The notes beneath the pieces are model-generated. The model searched no databases. It saw nothing but the letters and a program-made list of their open reading frames with translations, and was not told where the DNA came from. A DNA stretch of 64,000 bases from Paraspadella gotoi (lineage: Eukaryota; Animalia; Chaetognatha): positions 22,780,833-22,844,832 of the forward strand of contig CM119263.1 of NCBI GenBank assembly GCA_051294375.1, given 5' to 3'. Of this stretch, positions 12,001 through 23,400 are shown piece by piece (position 1 is the first letter of the stretch; every line of letters starts with the position of its first letter). Both the position numbers and the translations under genes were made by a program.

Positions 12001-15000
12001 TTATGCAAGTTGACCAAATTATGCAAGTTGTATTGGCTTAGCTACTGGTAATGATTGAAAGATAATTGATTTATAGGTTTTTTCATAGATTTATAAGAAG
12101 TCTGTTATGATATGATTTGTTATGATCTTTTAATATCACAAATTGAAAATCAGAAAAAATAACCGTGATTTATCATCGGATTAGCTTATTACCGCTTAAT
12201 TATCGTAGGCAGATCTGACGTTGTTTGCTCAAACTTGTACTATCAAATGTGGCATAAATTTTATCTATTGGCGTATAGTTTAAGTATCAGTTGATTTTGT
12301 AAAAAGATTTATAGCTAACCTAATTAAAAAACAAACAAATTTTATGATTTCTTTAAAAAGAAAAAAATATAAGTAAAATATATTGTAACAATAATACATA
12401 AATAAAGAGTAAGACCACAATAATTAAATTTAAGTTACTAAAGGAAAAAAGTATAGTACATAAGAATAATCCCTCAATTTTAATTTTCCGAATTAAAAAA
12501 CCTTTTTTCCTTTACCGTTTTTCTCGTGGATTGCTACAAGGGATTTGAAGGATGCCTGGGCACGGGCAAGGCTGTATTGGCTTTTGGCTCCAAAAGTAAT
12601 CCGAGCTTTTCCTTTAACCAGCGTAGCAGCAATTTGTGTAATAACGGATTCTATGCTGTAGGCGCTGCTCCAACCCTTAAAATTTAACAGGAGAAAGTCA
12701 AAATAACCAGAAAAAAAGATAATAGAGAGAAGACTACATCTACCTTACGCTATAATACTTTTTCATCAATTTATGACTAAGTTTAACAAGACAGTAGCAA
12801 GCATCGACTAAAAGAATAATTTTTTTACTCGCCTGCTTTGTGAGAAGCTCCATACAAATGGCGCCACCAGCAAGTACATATCCACCGCTTACAACTGGGC
12901 TGATCACACGACAGAAAGGGGGTTCAAAGGGAAAGTTTTCTTTGAAAGTCATGTTAAGTAGAAGGGAATCTTTCCCTTCTTTCTCCTTAAACAAGGCGAG
13001 ATCGTTGTAGAGCGCACTATCTGGGTCGAAACTGAAAAAAAAAAACACAAAAAACCAAGATTATATTTTCATTTTAAGCTATTATCAAATTCTCATGTTA
13101 TATTTTAATTATGAATTTTATTCTATGTTTTTATGATTAATTATATACAAAAGTTTTATTATTAACCAAACTACCTTAACTCTAACCCACCCTTAATTAC
13201 CCTTAACCTTAAGGCCCCCAATTTTTGAATTTAAACCGAAACTTTTTGATAAGGTAATGTTATGGCAGCGAAAATAACTAAACGTATGGTGGACTAAAAT
13301 CCACCAACCGTCTCATCAGCGGCCATTGGTGCCAAAGCAAGTCATTCGCCTCCCAACCCAAAGGTCCGGGGTTCTAGCCCGGTGGTCGCTCTGGCAGTAA
13401 GAGGGACGGGGCGCTTAACCCGCCTGTAACATAGTGTTACAGCCTGATCCGAAGCTCAGGGACTGCTTATATTGAACGGTTCTGTCACTAACACATAATA
13501 ATTTACTGTCTCTTCAAAACGTTCACATATTATTTAAAGAATAAAAAATCGAAATTTTGGACGTATTTCTTTATACGAAAGACATAATTTTAAAAATATT
13601 TTTACAATTTCTGTCTAAAGTTTATTAAATTTTTTATTTAAAATTTCAAAAATTTTTTCAGTTATCTATTATGAACAAAATATTTGTTTTATCTTTTATT
13701 ATACATACTATATATGAAATTGGTACAACCAAATAAAAATTATATATGGGTAAATTATGGTTTAATGTTGACTACAACTTTTTGTTCTCTCTAATTTACA
13801 AAATCAACACAAAAAAGACACGTCAGTTCGTGGTGTTGCGATCCAGCGCCTCCTGGCGGACGCCCACATCAGTAACACCTGAACAACTTCGACATCAATC
13901 TGCGCATGTCAGTTCAGGCAGAGCGCGCCCCTTGGTATCCCCGCCAAATTGGCGCCGTGAACTCATATGATGCCATTACAACCTAGATCACCCGAGTGTG
14001 AGATACACAAAAAAGCTGGTAAACAGAGATGTTTTGGTCCAATAAGCCGCGTCAGACGTTTGTCAAAAATAGGCTCAGGAATGCCTTGACAGCTGTGGAA
14101 CGCAAATTGATAAGGTTACGATCTCTTTAATTTCTCTTTAATCCACAACCGTTCATCAGCGGCCATTTGGTGCGGAGCAAGTCATTCGCCTCCCAACCAA
14201 AGGTGTTACAGCCTGCATCCGCAACCTCAGGGACTGCTTTATATTGAACGGTCTTCTGGTCACTCCTAACGTAACAATAATTAGCTGTCTATTCTATCAC
14301 AAGTCAGTACTATTTATTATATAAGCTTTAAAACAGGGATATTGACAGGCGTCATATGGCTCCGAGACATGTTTTTTCCAGTTTTGCTTAATTTTTAGCA
14401 AATTTTTATAAAAAAATACTTCGCTTTTAGAATGAATCAATAATTTATTAACAAACTAATATTCTTCTGTTTAAAATTTTAACAAAATACATACGTATTA
14501 CTACGCGTTGTCTTGGGTGCAGGGAATCACTCTCGCTCGAGGGAACCGAAACAAAACGGGGGCGGAAAAAAAAGGATTGAAATTAGTATTTATATTGTAC
14601 AATGTACATTTTCCCGTCATTAATGAAGATATACCTGTACAATCTCATATTCCACTCGTAAAGCGAATCGTTAACTAATTCCACAGTGAAAATGTTTTTT
14701 TTGTAAGATTCTGATTTAAAGATATCTTTCAACTCCTTCATTAGCCTACAAAACAAAATTAATGCAAGATTAATGATTATTAATGATTATATATTTATTT
14801 AATGCTTTTAAAGCAGTAATGATGAAGTAACAGGAAACTACTAATACTACCAATCTGTCATTATGCCATAATTTATGGTGGACCAATATCCACCAATCGT
14901 TTATCAGCGGCCTTGGTCCAGGAGGCAAGTCATTTACCTCCCAACCCAAAGGACCGGGGTTCGAGCCCGGTGGCCGCCTAGCAGTTAAGAGGGACGAGGC

Positions 15001-17945
15001 GCTTAACCGGCCTGTAACACGGTGTCACAGCCTGATCGCAGCTCAGGGACTGCTTCTATTGAACGGTTCTGTCACGAACTCATTATTTCTGTCTCTGAAC
15101 CATGTCGATTGTGTAATGGATGGGAGACTATTATAATATTAATAATAATGTCTTCGAAAAAAGGCATACCTGTCAGTTCCTGAACGGAACCGGACACAGA
15201 TCCTCGTAAATAGTCTTGGCGTTGGGTCTGTTTTAATTTATCAAGAATTCCAGCATTTTCTTCATCAATACCTTCGTCCTTTCACCTAATAGAGGTGATT
15301 ATTGGTTATCAACTAAATAATAATATATATATTTATCTTAAAAAATTAGCTTCACAACACATGACCATAGACAGACGTATATGTCTTACCTTTTTCTCTT
15401 CCTCTTCCATTTCATAATGGAAAGCATCTTCCTCTTCAGCGTCCATCTCATCTTCAGAGGTTTCGTTCCACTTTCCACTCGCGATCCGTCATCTCCTCTG
15501 TCATAACCTGGAAAATATGACAACTGAATATGTTATAAGAAAGAAAATAAAATCGCCAAACGAATTTAGAAATTTCATTGCCAGCTGCGGAAATTATTTT
15601 CAATTCGTTTGGTAAGGATTTGTCTACAAATGTAACCTAAGTTTCTCTCTCCCTTTAAAATAAATCCCAGCTTGAACAAATAGCTGTTTCTTGAAGGCTC
15701 AAGCTTTTTTTATACAGACAGAATAATAATAGTATAGTTCCCGATGATTCTAACAGACCCTGTGCAGAAAAAACCTAAAAAAGAACCGCGCGCTCAATTC
15801 ATTCACTGATATAAAAAAAGAATAATATAATATATTTGCTTTGGAAAGTTCTCGCGCAGAAGATTTATTCTTGATCGTAACGCTCTTAGAAAAATCATGT
15901 TTTCTACTGACTCTTAAACCTAGAAAATTCCGTGATGCACGAGTTACTCAACTAAATTTGGTAAAAAATTTTTAAAGGGTGCTGTCCAGTAATGTTTACA
16001 CAGTTTGTTCTATTGATGCGCACTATAGAGTTGATACAGGTTTGTGACGTATAAAATGTGTATCTTGCAAAAATCGGGCCATCCGTTTAAGAGCAGAGAT
16101 CTTTTAAAATGAAATACTCTACCAGAAAGCTGAACAAAAAAAAATCTGATAGATATTTTATAATACTTTTATTAAAAATGAAAAAAAATTACACTGGACA
16201 TCCCGAGGGATAGCTGGATAACTGGATTACCCCAAATCTTTAAATAATAATGTTAAGGTTATAAAAACATACGATGAAAGACAAGTCCATGATTCTGAAG
16301 CTTTTATAAGGATTTCAAATGAGAGTTAAATGAAATGATCTCAAACTGTCGTTAAATTATCTGATAAAACAACTTCAGATTTTTCAAAAAATGTTTCAAT
16401 TGTATAAAAAGACGACTCCCTTAAGTATTAGATCGGGGAATACTTATTGTACTCTGCACTAGCATCAAAATACAAGGAGATGAATTTTATGAAATTGGTA
16501 CAACCAATATAAAAATTATCCATTCATTTAATAAATAAGCTATCTTGCCCCTGACTTTTGACAGGCTTTGGTTGTTTAAAACCTCCATCACTATTACAAG
16601 ATAATGACATAGCAATTTTTAATTTTTTTAAATTTTTTAAAAAATGTCTGGAATTTAAAGTTATGAAGTGGCGAATTTTTTTTGCACAGGACTGTACTTC
16701 GTTTCCCAACGCTACGTTCAGAATAAATCAGGGTTGGCATTAAAAAACCCACCCAAAAAAACCAAAAAAACCCAGCTAAAAATTTAAAAATTACCTAATT
16801 TTTTTAATATGAAACATTAAATTGTTGAAACAAAAATTTAAATCATATAAGATCTATTATTTTTATAAAGTTTAATATATAATTTAATGATAAAAAATAA
16901 CCCTAAACGTATGTTTTACATGTTTACTATCAGTATCACTTTCGTTGCTGGCTTCTGTACCATTTTCCTTATATTAAGTAATTCTAATCGTGAATCGCAA
17001 ATTATGTTAAGAGCAACACAATAATCAGTATATTTTTATATATTTTTATCAGTAATCACTTAAGAAGTATAAATATTTTAAATTTGTATATTAAAAAGAA
17101 ATAATATGACAGTCTGCTATCTATAATTTAAAAAAAAACCAAAAAAACCAAAAAAACCCAGGTTTTTGCCAACCCAGGAATAATTTCTACGTACAAGTAC
17201 GTTGCGCTATTTAATTTATAACCTTGCCCTTGAGCTCCACGGGGTCTTGAGGAATGTCCGCTAGGTCCTGGGCAGGATTCGTCTAATCTTGAAAGCTCTT
17301 CGGGGTGCGGCAGGCCGACTGATTTGCATAATTCATTTATCAGCAATTTCACTTGACGAGTAATCTGAAAAACGCATTTTCAACTTAAAGTAGTATTTTT
17401 AGACCAAGACACACTTGAGACTAAATGCAAAAAGTTAAAGTAAAACCAACCCTAAAATTTTCAGGAGATGTTTCTTGAAGCTTCGATAAGGCCGAGGAAA
17501 TCTGCACGTCGTCAGCATCTGAGTACCACATCGGTGGCATTTGGGGATAGGTTTCCTAAATGTAAGTAATTAACATTTTCGAACAGTGACCAACTTTTCT
17601 ATTACAAATATCCAAACTTATTTAAAGATTATTTTAAAATTGTATTCCAGGGATAATAGGAAGTTTTAATAACATAAAAATTCCATTTTCATAAGCTCAG
17701 TGGTTAAAAAGTCATTGAAAAAATTATTGATCGCTCTTTTGTTGCTAGATATGATATTAAAAAAAAGTATCATTACTTACTATGATGTTAGCATGAATAT
17801 CGTTTCTCTCTCCCTTTTTCCCAATAAATCTGCAAGTTATTTCATCGACAGAAGCAGAGATTATCTGGAATCGTGCGTGATTTCGGGGGAAGAGGCCCTC
17901 AAGAAGTTTGATATCTTGCTTCAGCGTTTGGAAACAAGCCATCAT
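9086..17945 (-). CDS. UBE2Q: Ubiquitin-conjugating enzyme E2 Q (RWD + UBC domains)
   Basis: Exons (minus): 17945-17781, 17555-17451, 17364-17223, 15507-15390, 15285-15170, 14745-14635, 13031-12833, 12675-12516, 9117-9086. Diagnostic sequences: [82 protein letters not shown] (catalytic Cys), [14 protein letters not shown]. Single-base indels appear in the two exons at 15.2-15.5 kb. Confidence 0.93.
11299..11397 (+). promoter_or_regulatory. tRNA-derived (Met-like) Pol III promoter in the family A LTR
   Basis: TATAA at 11299, 24 nt before a tRNA-like start at 11323. A-box-like TGGCTCATTGAG (11330), CT-CAT-GA loop (CAT at 11356), B box GGTTCAATCCC (11374). Repeated in the 3' LTR. No TTTT on the sense strand of the whole 690-bp element. 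Confidence 0.75.
11402..11480 (+). ncRNA. Twister ribozyme, type P5 (family A, 5' LTR)
   Basis: P5 GUGGG/CCCGU; AA; P2 G(C)GU/GCC; conserved GA (11413-14); T1 GGA/UCC; U^AA with predicted cut at 11424/11425; GCC forming T2 with L4 GC; P3 UUGGGGG/CCCUCAA; P4 CCUGG/CCAGG; L4 UUCCAAGC. Aligns position by position with the Osa-1-4 twister core (UAA-P2-GCC...G-P4-UCCCAAGC-P4...P2-GA-GGG). Confidence 0.85.
11808..11886 (+). ncRNA. Twister ribozyme, type P5 (family A, 3' LTR)
   Basis: Same as the 5' copy except P2 GCC>GCA. Predicted cut at 11830/11831, 406 nt after the first site. Confidence 0.8.
13285..13516 (+). mobile_element. Family B solo LTR (tRNA-Gly-like head + twister)
   Basis: TATGG...TCTTCA, 232 bp, with 5-bp TSD AAACG (13280-13284 and 13517-13521). 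The tRNA-like domain at 13319-13389 has acceptor stem GCGGCCA/TGGTCGC, TCGCCT-CCC-A and T-arm CCGGG-GTTCTAG-CCCGG. Confidence 0.85.
13393..13467 (+). ncRNA. Twister ribozyme, type P5 (family B)
   Basis: P5 GGCAGU/ACUGCU; P2 G(A)GG/CCC; GA; T1 CGG/CCG; U^AA cut at 13416/13417; GCC; P3 UGUAACA/UGUUACA; P4 CCUGA/UCAGG; L4 UCCGAAGC. Confidence 0.88.
14140..14296 (+). mobile_element. Family B LTR, internally deleted
   Basis: Matches the family B 5' and 3' parts. A deletion between two GGT words (~14202) removes the B box and the 5' half of the twister. Confidence 0.75.
14874..15098 (+). mobile_element. Family B solo LTR, diverged
   Basis: Full-length match with canonical B box GGTTCGAGCCC and A-box-like TGGTCCAGGAGG. 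The twister carries substitutions. No clear TSD. Confidence 0.82.
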
Positions 17946-18147
17946 CCCATGGACCTAAATCAAATCAATAAATTAGCAGAACCCTGAGGGTCATGATGGC
18001 ATTAATGTATAGAATTATTCAATGTCATTGAGAGTGTGCTTACGTTATCCATCGATTGAAAAGAAACTCATGCTCTCGCGTAGTTTTTAAAGATGATCAG
18101 TTAGGGAAGACAAGTGAGTTAGTAAAAACTAAGATTGTTTTAGTTAC

Positions 18148-19790
18148 CTGGAAGTTGCACACGAGAGCCAATTCAAGCACGAATTAGGTAGGAGTATTTC
18201 GTTGACTGTCAAACTTGAAGCTGAAGTTGAAAGGAATTGCTTATGGAATGTCATAAATTTAATCATGAGAAGAGCAAACAATACAACATGGAATTCTGTA
18301 AAAATAAAATAAAAAAATCTAAGTTATGGCCATTAACGTCGCACAAAATTTAAAACAAAGACCAAAAGAGGAAATTTGTAAGAAATAAAGGAGATGCTCG
18401 TTGTTTTTCTATAAATTTGAGAATTATCGTGATTTTTTCGTAATTTCGTGTCATTTCTTTTCAGCGAGAGGAATTTTTAGCTTAGGAATAAAGAAATGGT
18501 AGTTAATAATGATAATCGGTGGTTCGTGTCTGGCACAGCTGAAGAGAGCAGACTAACGCCAGTCAGTTCAACGCTGAGATCAGAAGAGAAGAGAAGAAGA
18601 GAAGAGAGACAGACCCTGAATCTTGATGCTGTACAAGACTAAACCCTCTCGAAAAGCCAACTGCAACAAACATATACTAAAATTAATAACCACAAAAATA
18701 AATTCTGTCCGAAAAATTAGAAATTCCTTTTTCGAATGTAGTATATAGGCGTCCATCGCAATTCCGATAAGGTTTTGTGTTTTGATACTTAGGAAAAAAC
18801 TTGCCTAGTAAACATCATGGTAATTATAATGATAATGTAAAAGTCCTGACGACCATCAATAATTCCTAAATCCAAGTCTGAGAATCGTATTAAGAATCTA
18901 ACGATTTCAAAATATACAAACAAAAATTGTCACAACAAATTAGACAAATTACCAAAATGAATATACCAATTTCCGAAAAAAGAAATTATCAATTCATTCT
19001 ATTAACTAAGTTGTTAAATCCGAATGCCTTTTCTTCCCTAAAATGAAATACGGATTTATAATAGGGAAAGTAGAATGTATAATATTGCCCTTCTTTTGCT
19101 GAAACAATTCTCATTTATTCTGTGAATCTTAATAAATAATCGTAAACGAGTATAAATCTATCAAAAAACAATAATCCTTATAAAAACAATCAGCATCGAG
19201 AATAATTAAAATTGAATATCCTCGCAGTGATTCATGGAAGACTAGTCCTGGGTTCTCACAAAAAAGCCCGGCCATTCTGGCTCGCCTCACACTCCTCCTT
19301 CGGTGATGCCCGCTCGCGTGGCGCGGGGATCTCGCGTATTATGAGCACGCGCTGGCGACGAGGAGGACGAAGGAGAACATGGTGCCAATGCCTGGGACTC
19401 ACGTCGTCTCCCCTCCACTTAGGGAAACCGCGTCTCTTCCTTCCTATCGCCACGGCGCCCATGACGCTTTTGACGTCTTAACGTTGATTCTTAAAAATCC
19501 TGGTCCTTGAGTCGAGGCGTTCGACGTCTGTTCACCAACTCGTTTCGCCTTTTAATTTTTTGCCAATCGTCACTCGTTAATCCTCTTATAAGAAGAAATA
19601 CCAAATTGAAAATGGGCCAGTTTTTTCAACATCCTCGAAGATTTGTGGTTTTCACTGTCTCTGCTCATTTCGGAAGGAAAAGACGAGACTGATGATGTAC
19701 TTTGATTTCAGTTATTATTCAGCTATTACTCTGGCATAAACGTAGGATAAATCACGATCGTCAAACAGAATGCAATCAACGTAATTTAAG
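18148..19790. promoter_or_regulatory. Intergenic region between divergently oriented UBE2Q and formin, with a CpG-rich patch at ~19220-19560
   Basis: Head-to-head gene arrangement. A minus-strand splice donor near 18147 and plus-strand donors at 19790 and 20110 suggest 5' UTR exons. Local GC/CpG enrichment. TSS positions are not determinable from sequence. Confidence 0.4.
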
Positions 19791-20471
19791 GTAAGTATTA
19801 TTTACTAATATTTAAGTATTTTAAAAAAAAAAATTAATGTTAGCACACTTTTCAGCAGACTGGTGCTATAAAAATTGTTATGGAAAACGGCTCCAACGAA
19901 CACTTTTTTAATGTTTCGCACGTCCATTATGCCTTTATTTTCATATCGAGAAGGTGAGTCGACTGTTAAATCCTTAAGTTTAAAATCATCGTATTTACTA
20001 TATTTGATTGAACCGCTTGCAGCCGATATGTACAATAACACCATCCATGTCCATGACCGTATATCATGTCATTCGAACCGCGAAGAAGATTGATCCAGTC
20101 GTACTATTCGGTAAGCCATTTGCCGTTTGTCATTGCTTAAAATTGTATTGATTGATAGTATTATTATTCAGAACCGAGGAGAATTATTTGTGGGTTCCTC
20201 GCCCTTGCCGAGTTATTGGAGAGCTCCTCCCCTTGACTATTCCAACGAGGTTTACGAATTTCTGCGAAGGAGTTTCGAGAAAGAGGAGGAAGTTTGCACC
20301 TGCCATCAATACTATCATAGTACGCGGAACCCGCAGCCGTTGGCACCGGCGGGCGGGTATCCGCTAACTCCCCCGTCAAGCTTGACGCACGGAGCCAGGA
20401 GAAAAGGCCATAGAAGAAGCGTTTCCTATGGTGGTCACATAATTGTCGACAAACCATTCATTAGAGAAAGA

Positions 20472-23400
20472 ATGGGGAATGCGCAAGGAAGCGAAGGAAA
20501 GTCGGGCAAGAAGGAGAAGGGAAGCAAGAAAGATAAACGGGGACATTTCGAAGCTCAGGTTCAGGTATGATAGCAATGATAGATACAATTTTAGTAACTG
20601 CGGTTCCGTCCATACCCCTCACGGCAAAATTTTACTTTCGCCGACCGGGGTTTTGGTGTTTTTAAAAAAAATTATTTAAAAATATTTAATTTAAAAAAAA
20701 TAAATTATTACCTAATTATTTTAACCCTAAACTACCTTTAAATAATTTTTAACCCTAACCCCCTTCTAACCCCGGTCGGCGAAAGTAAAATTAACCCCAC
20801 CACGTTACATTAGGATTCAAACACGCCTACTCGTTATGCTCCCGGATTTGAAGCAGAACAGTTTCGGAATTCGACTCGACTTGACGAGGCTTATAGTAGA
20901 GTGCACGGGGCTCCCATAAGAGAGCCACCGGTTACTTTACGCGAATCACAGCGGGGTAGAAAAAGTCCTGTTTCGGAGCGTAAATCGCCAAGCGCCGCCG
21001 CGGCTCGTGCAGAACGCGCAGAGCGCGAGCGCTTGGAACGTGACCGCGCCATTCAGCAGCAGCAACTTCAGCAAAGTCAGCAAGTGCCGTCAATGGAAGG
21101 TGATGATCCACGTGGAAAACATCTGCATATTTCTAGCGCACCGTCTCCTGTGCACGACGCTGTCATTCACCGCTCCCCTTATGTTGTGGGGCCAGTCGAG
21201 AATATCAACAATGACCTTAAAATGTCGTCTTCCTCCTCTGGCGAAGCCTTCGTAACTCCAGTTGACAAGAGTCCCGTCTCGTACGTATCTGCAAAATCGT
21301 TGACCAGTCCGAAGACAGTAGATGATGTGGAAACTTATCAAGTTAGACAAATTGAACTGGCTCCTCACCAAGCAATAGGGTATTACGTCTGTAATTTTTC
21401 CTCATTTTCCAACACAAGACTAAAAAAAAATGTTACTCGTTTTATTCAGAGTGGCGGAAAATCAAATTGAGCGCGGGGATGCTGGACTCAAAATTGATGC
21501 TGGAGATGCGAGCGGAAAACCGGGCCTTTCTCCTAGACCATCCAGGTCTTTTTCACGGACTCCGTCTCCAGGTAACCGCTGGGCGTGGTTCAATTGATAG
21601 TTAACATTCGAGATTATCGTAAAACGTAAAAATAATCTTCCAGGTAAGAGCGAACGTCGGCCGATTGAACGACTACATAGTCGCGAATCGTTAAACAAAG
21701 AAAAAGTCTCCCGAGAAAAGAGTCCGGGTGCAACACAACGCCGAGAATCTTGGAGAGAGCGTAGTAAAAGTCCGGGAAGTCGACGAGCCGCGCGAAATTC
21801 TCGTGCAGATTCCGAGGATAGCTTCGAAGGTCTGGTCGACGGCAATCCGCTCAGCCCAAGCCTTCGTCGTCGGCGGTTTCACGAACGAAAAATCCCGATC
21901 ACTCGAAGATCTTCGTCAATGTCCATCGGCGATCCCACGGACATTTATAGAGCAGTCAAGCCCTATAAGAGTGTCGACCATGCTTACGAAAGGGAAAAGA
22001 AAACCATAATGGTTACTGATCTCGACAACGCCGAAGTTCAAATGACCAAAGCGACACGGTCAACTCCAAACCTCAGCGAACTTGCATGGGCTAAAGAGGT
22101 CGTTAGTGCCGGCTTCCAAGCTGCAACGCAATCTAAGTCAAAAGATTTTAACTCTGCATCTTCTTTGGTGTCTCTAAAGAATCCTGTTGGAGGAGTTGAA
22201 ACTGTGGATGGCGAAAATCTAAACGGAGGAGAGCGAGAAGGAAACAAAACGTCGGAGAACGAAGGCGACGCAAAGCCTTCCTCACCCAAACGCAGAGGCG
22301 AAAATTTCGAGATTTCTTCAGGAACTGTCAAAAATAAGGAAGATAGTCCTTCACCCGCTTCCTCGAAAGCTCCACTCAAATCAGCTTCTGCTTCGCAGGC
22401 ACGTCAAATCTCTTAAATTCTTTACATTAAGCCTTGTTTTTAAACCGAAGTATCCCCCAAATTTTTTTCACAGCTTGAGATTGAAAAGCACGTATCTAAA
22501 CCAGCGTTTATTCCGGAAAAGGTAGATTTCAAACAGCTGGAAAAGTTTGAAGGTGCCATGTTGGTCAACTGGTTTTCTACGGCCTTTGAAGGAGACGTCT
22601 ACATTTCGCAAAGGCTAACCTCAGATGATTTAAAGGTTAAACAAAAAGTAGATACGTATTAAGTGCTACAATCAGACTTAGATTATGTTAATTAGGATTT
22701 TTTTATTAAACAGGTGATATCAACTCAGTTTTGTACTCATCTCATGGCTGCTGGTGTTCTCAAACCTTTAGAATCAGAAGGTGGAGCTCAAAGACGTGGC
22801 GTTTTTCGCATGGACGAGATGTATCACTGGGCACGTTCTGAGGTTCAACGGCGCCTGTCCATCTCCTCAGATACGACGCCCTCAAAAATAGACGTCTCGC
22901 AGTGGCCACCAGCTGTGGCATCCTTGCTAGTAGCGGAGAAGGAAAAACAATTGCTGGAAGTCGGCAAGTTGAAGAAAGATAAAATGGAAGCTTTCGGAAA
23001 GTCGAGTGAATATGACAGAGTTGATCCCGAATACCAAAATAAATTGCAAAATCTCGAAGAAAAAATACAGATATTGAGCAAAGAAATAGAAAAGTACCAA
23101 GTATTGTCGGGAATCGAAGGTTTGGCAAGTTTTGGTAAATTATCGGCGACGACATCCACTACTGATTTGCCTAAAGGCCAGGAGGCCTCAGTAGGTTAGT
23201 TTAAAGTTTTCAAGTTCAAGTCGTTTTTAAAATTGTAGCTAGTTTAAAAAAAAAATATGCTTTAGAAATTCATAACCGTCAAAAATCAAAATCCGTATTT
23301 CCGAAGGTGTTCTGATGTTAATTAGTTGGTGACATTCAATTTTGAATAACCGAAACATTTTTAAACTTCTCCATAATCAAGGCTTAATCAACAATCACGA

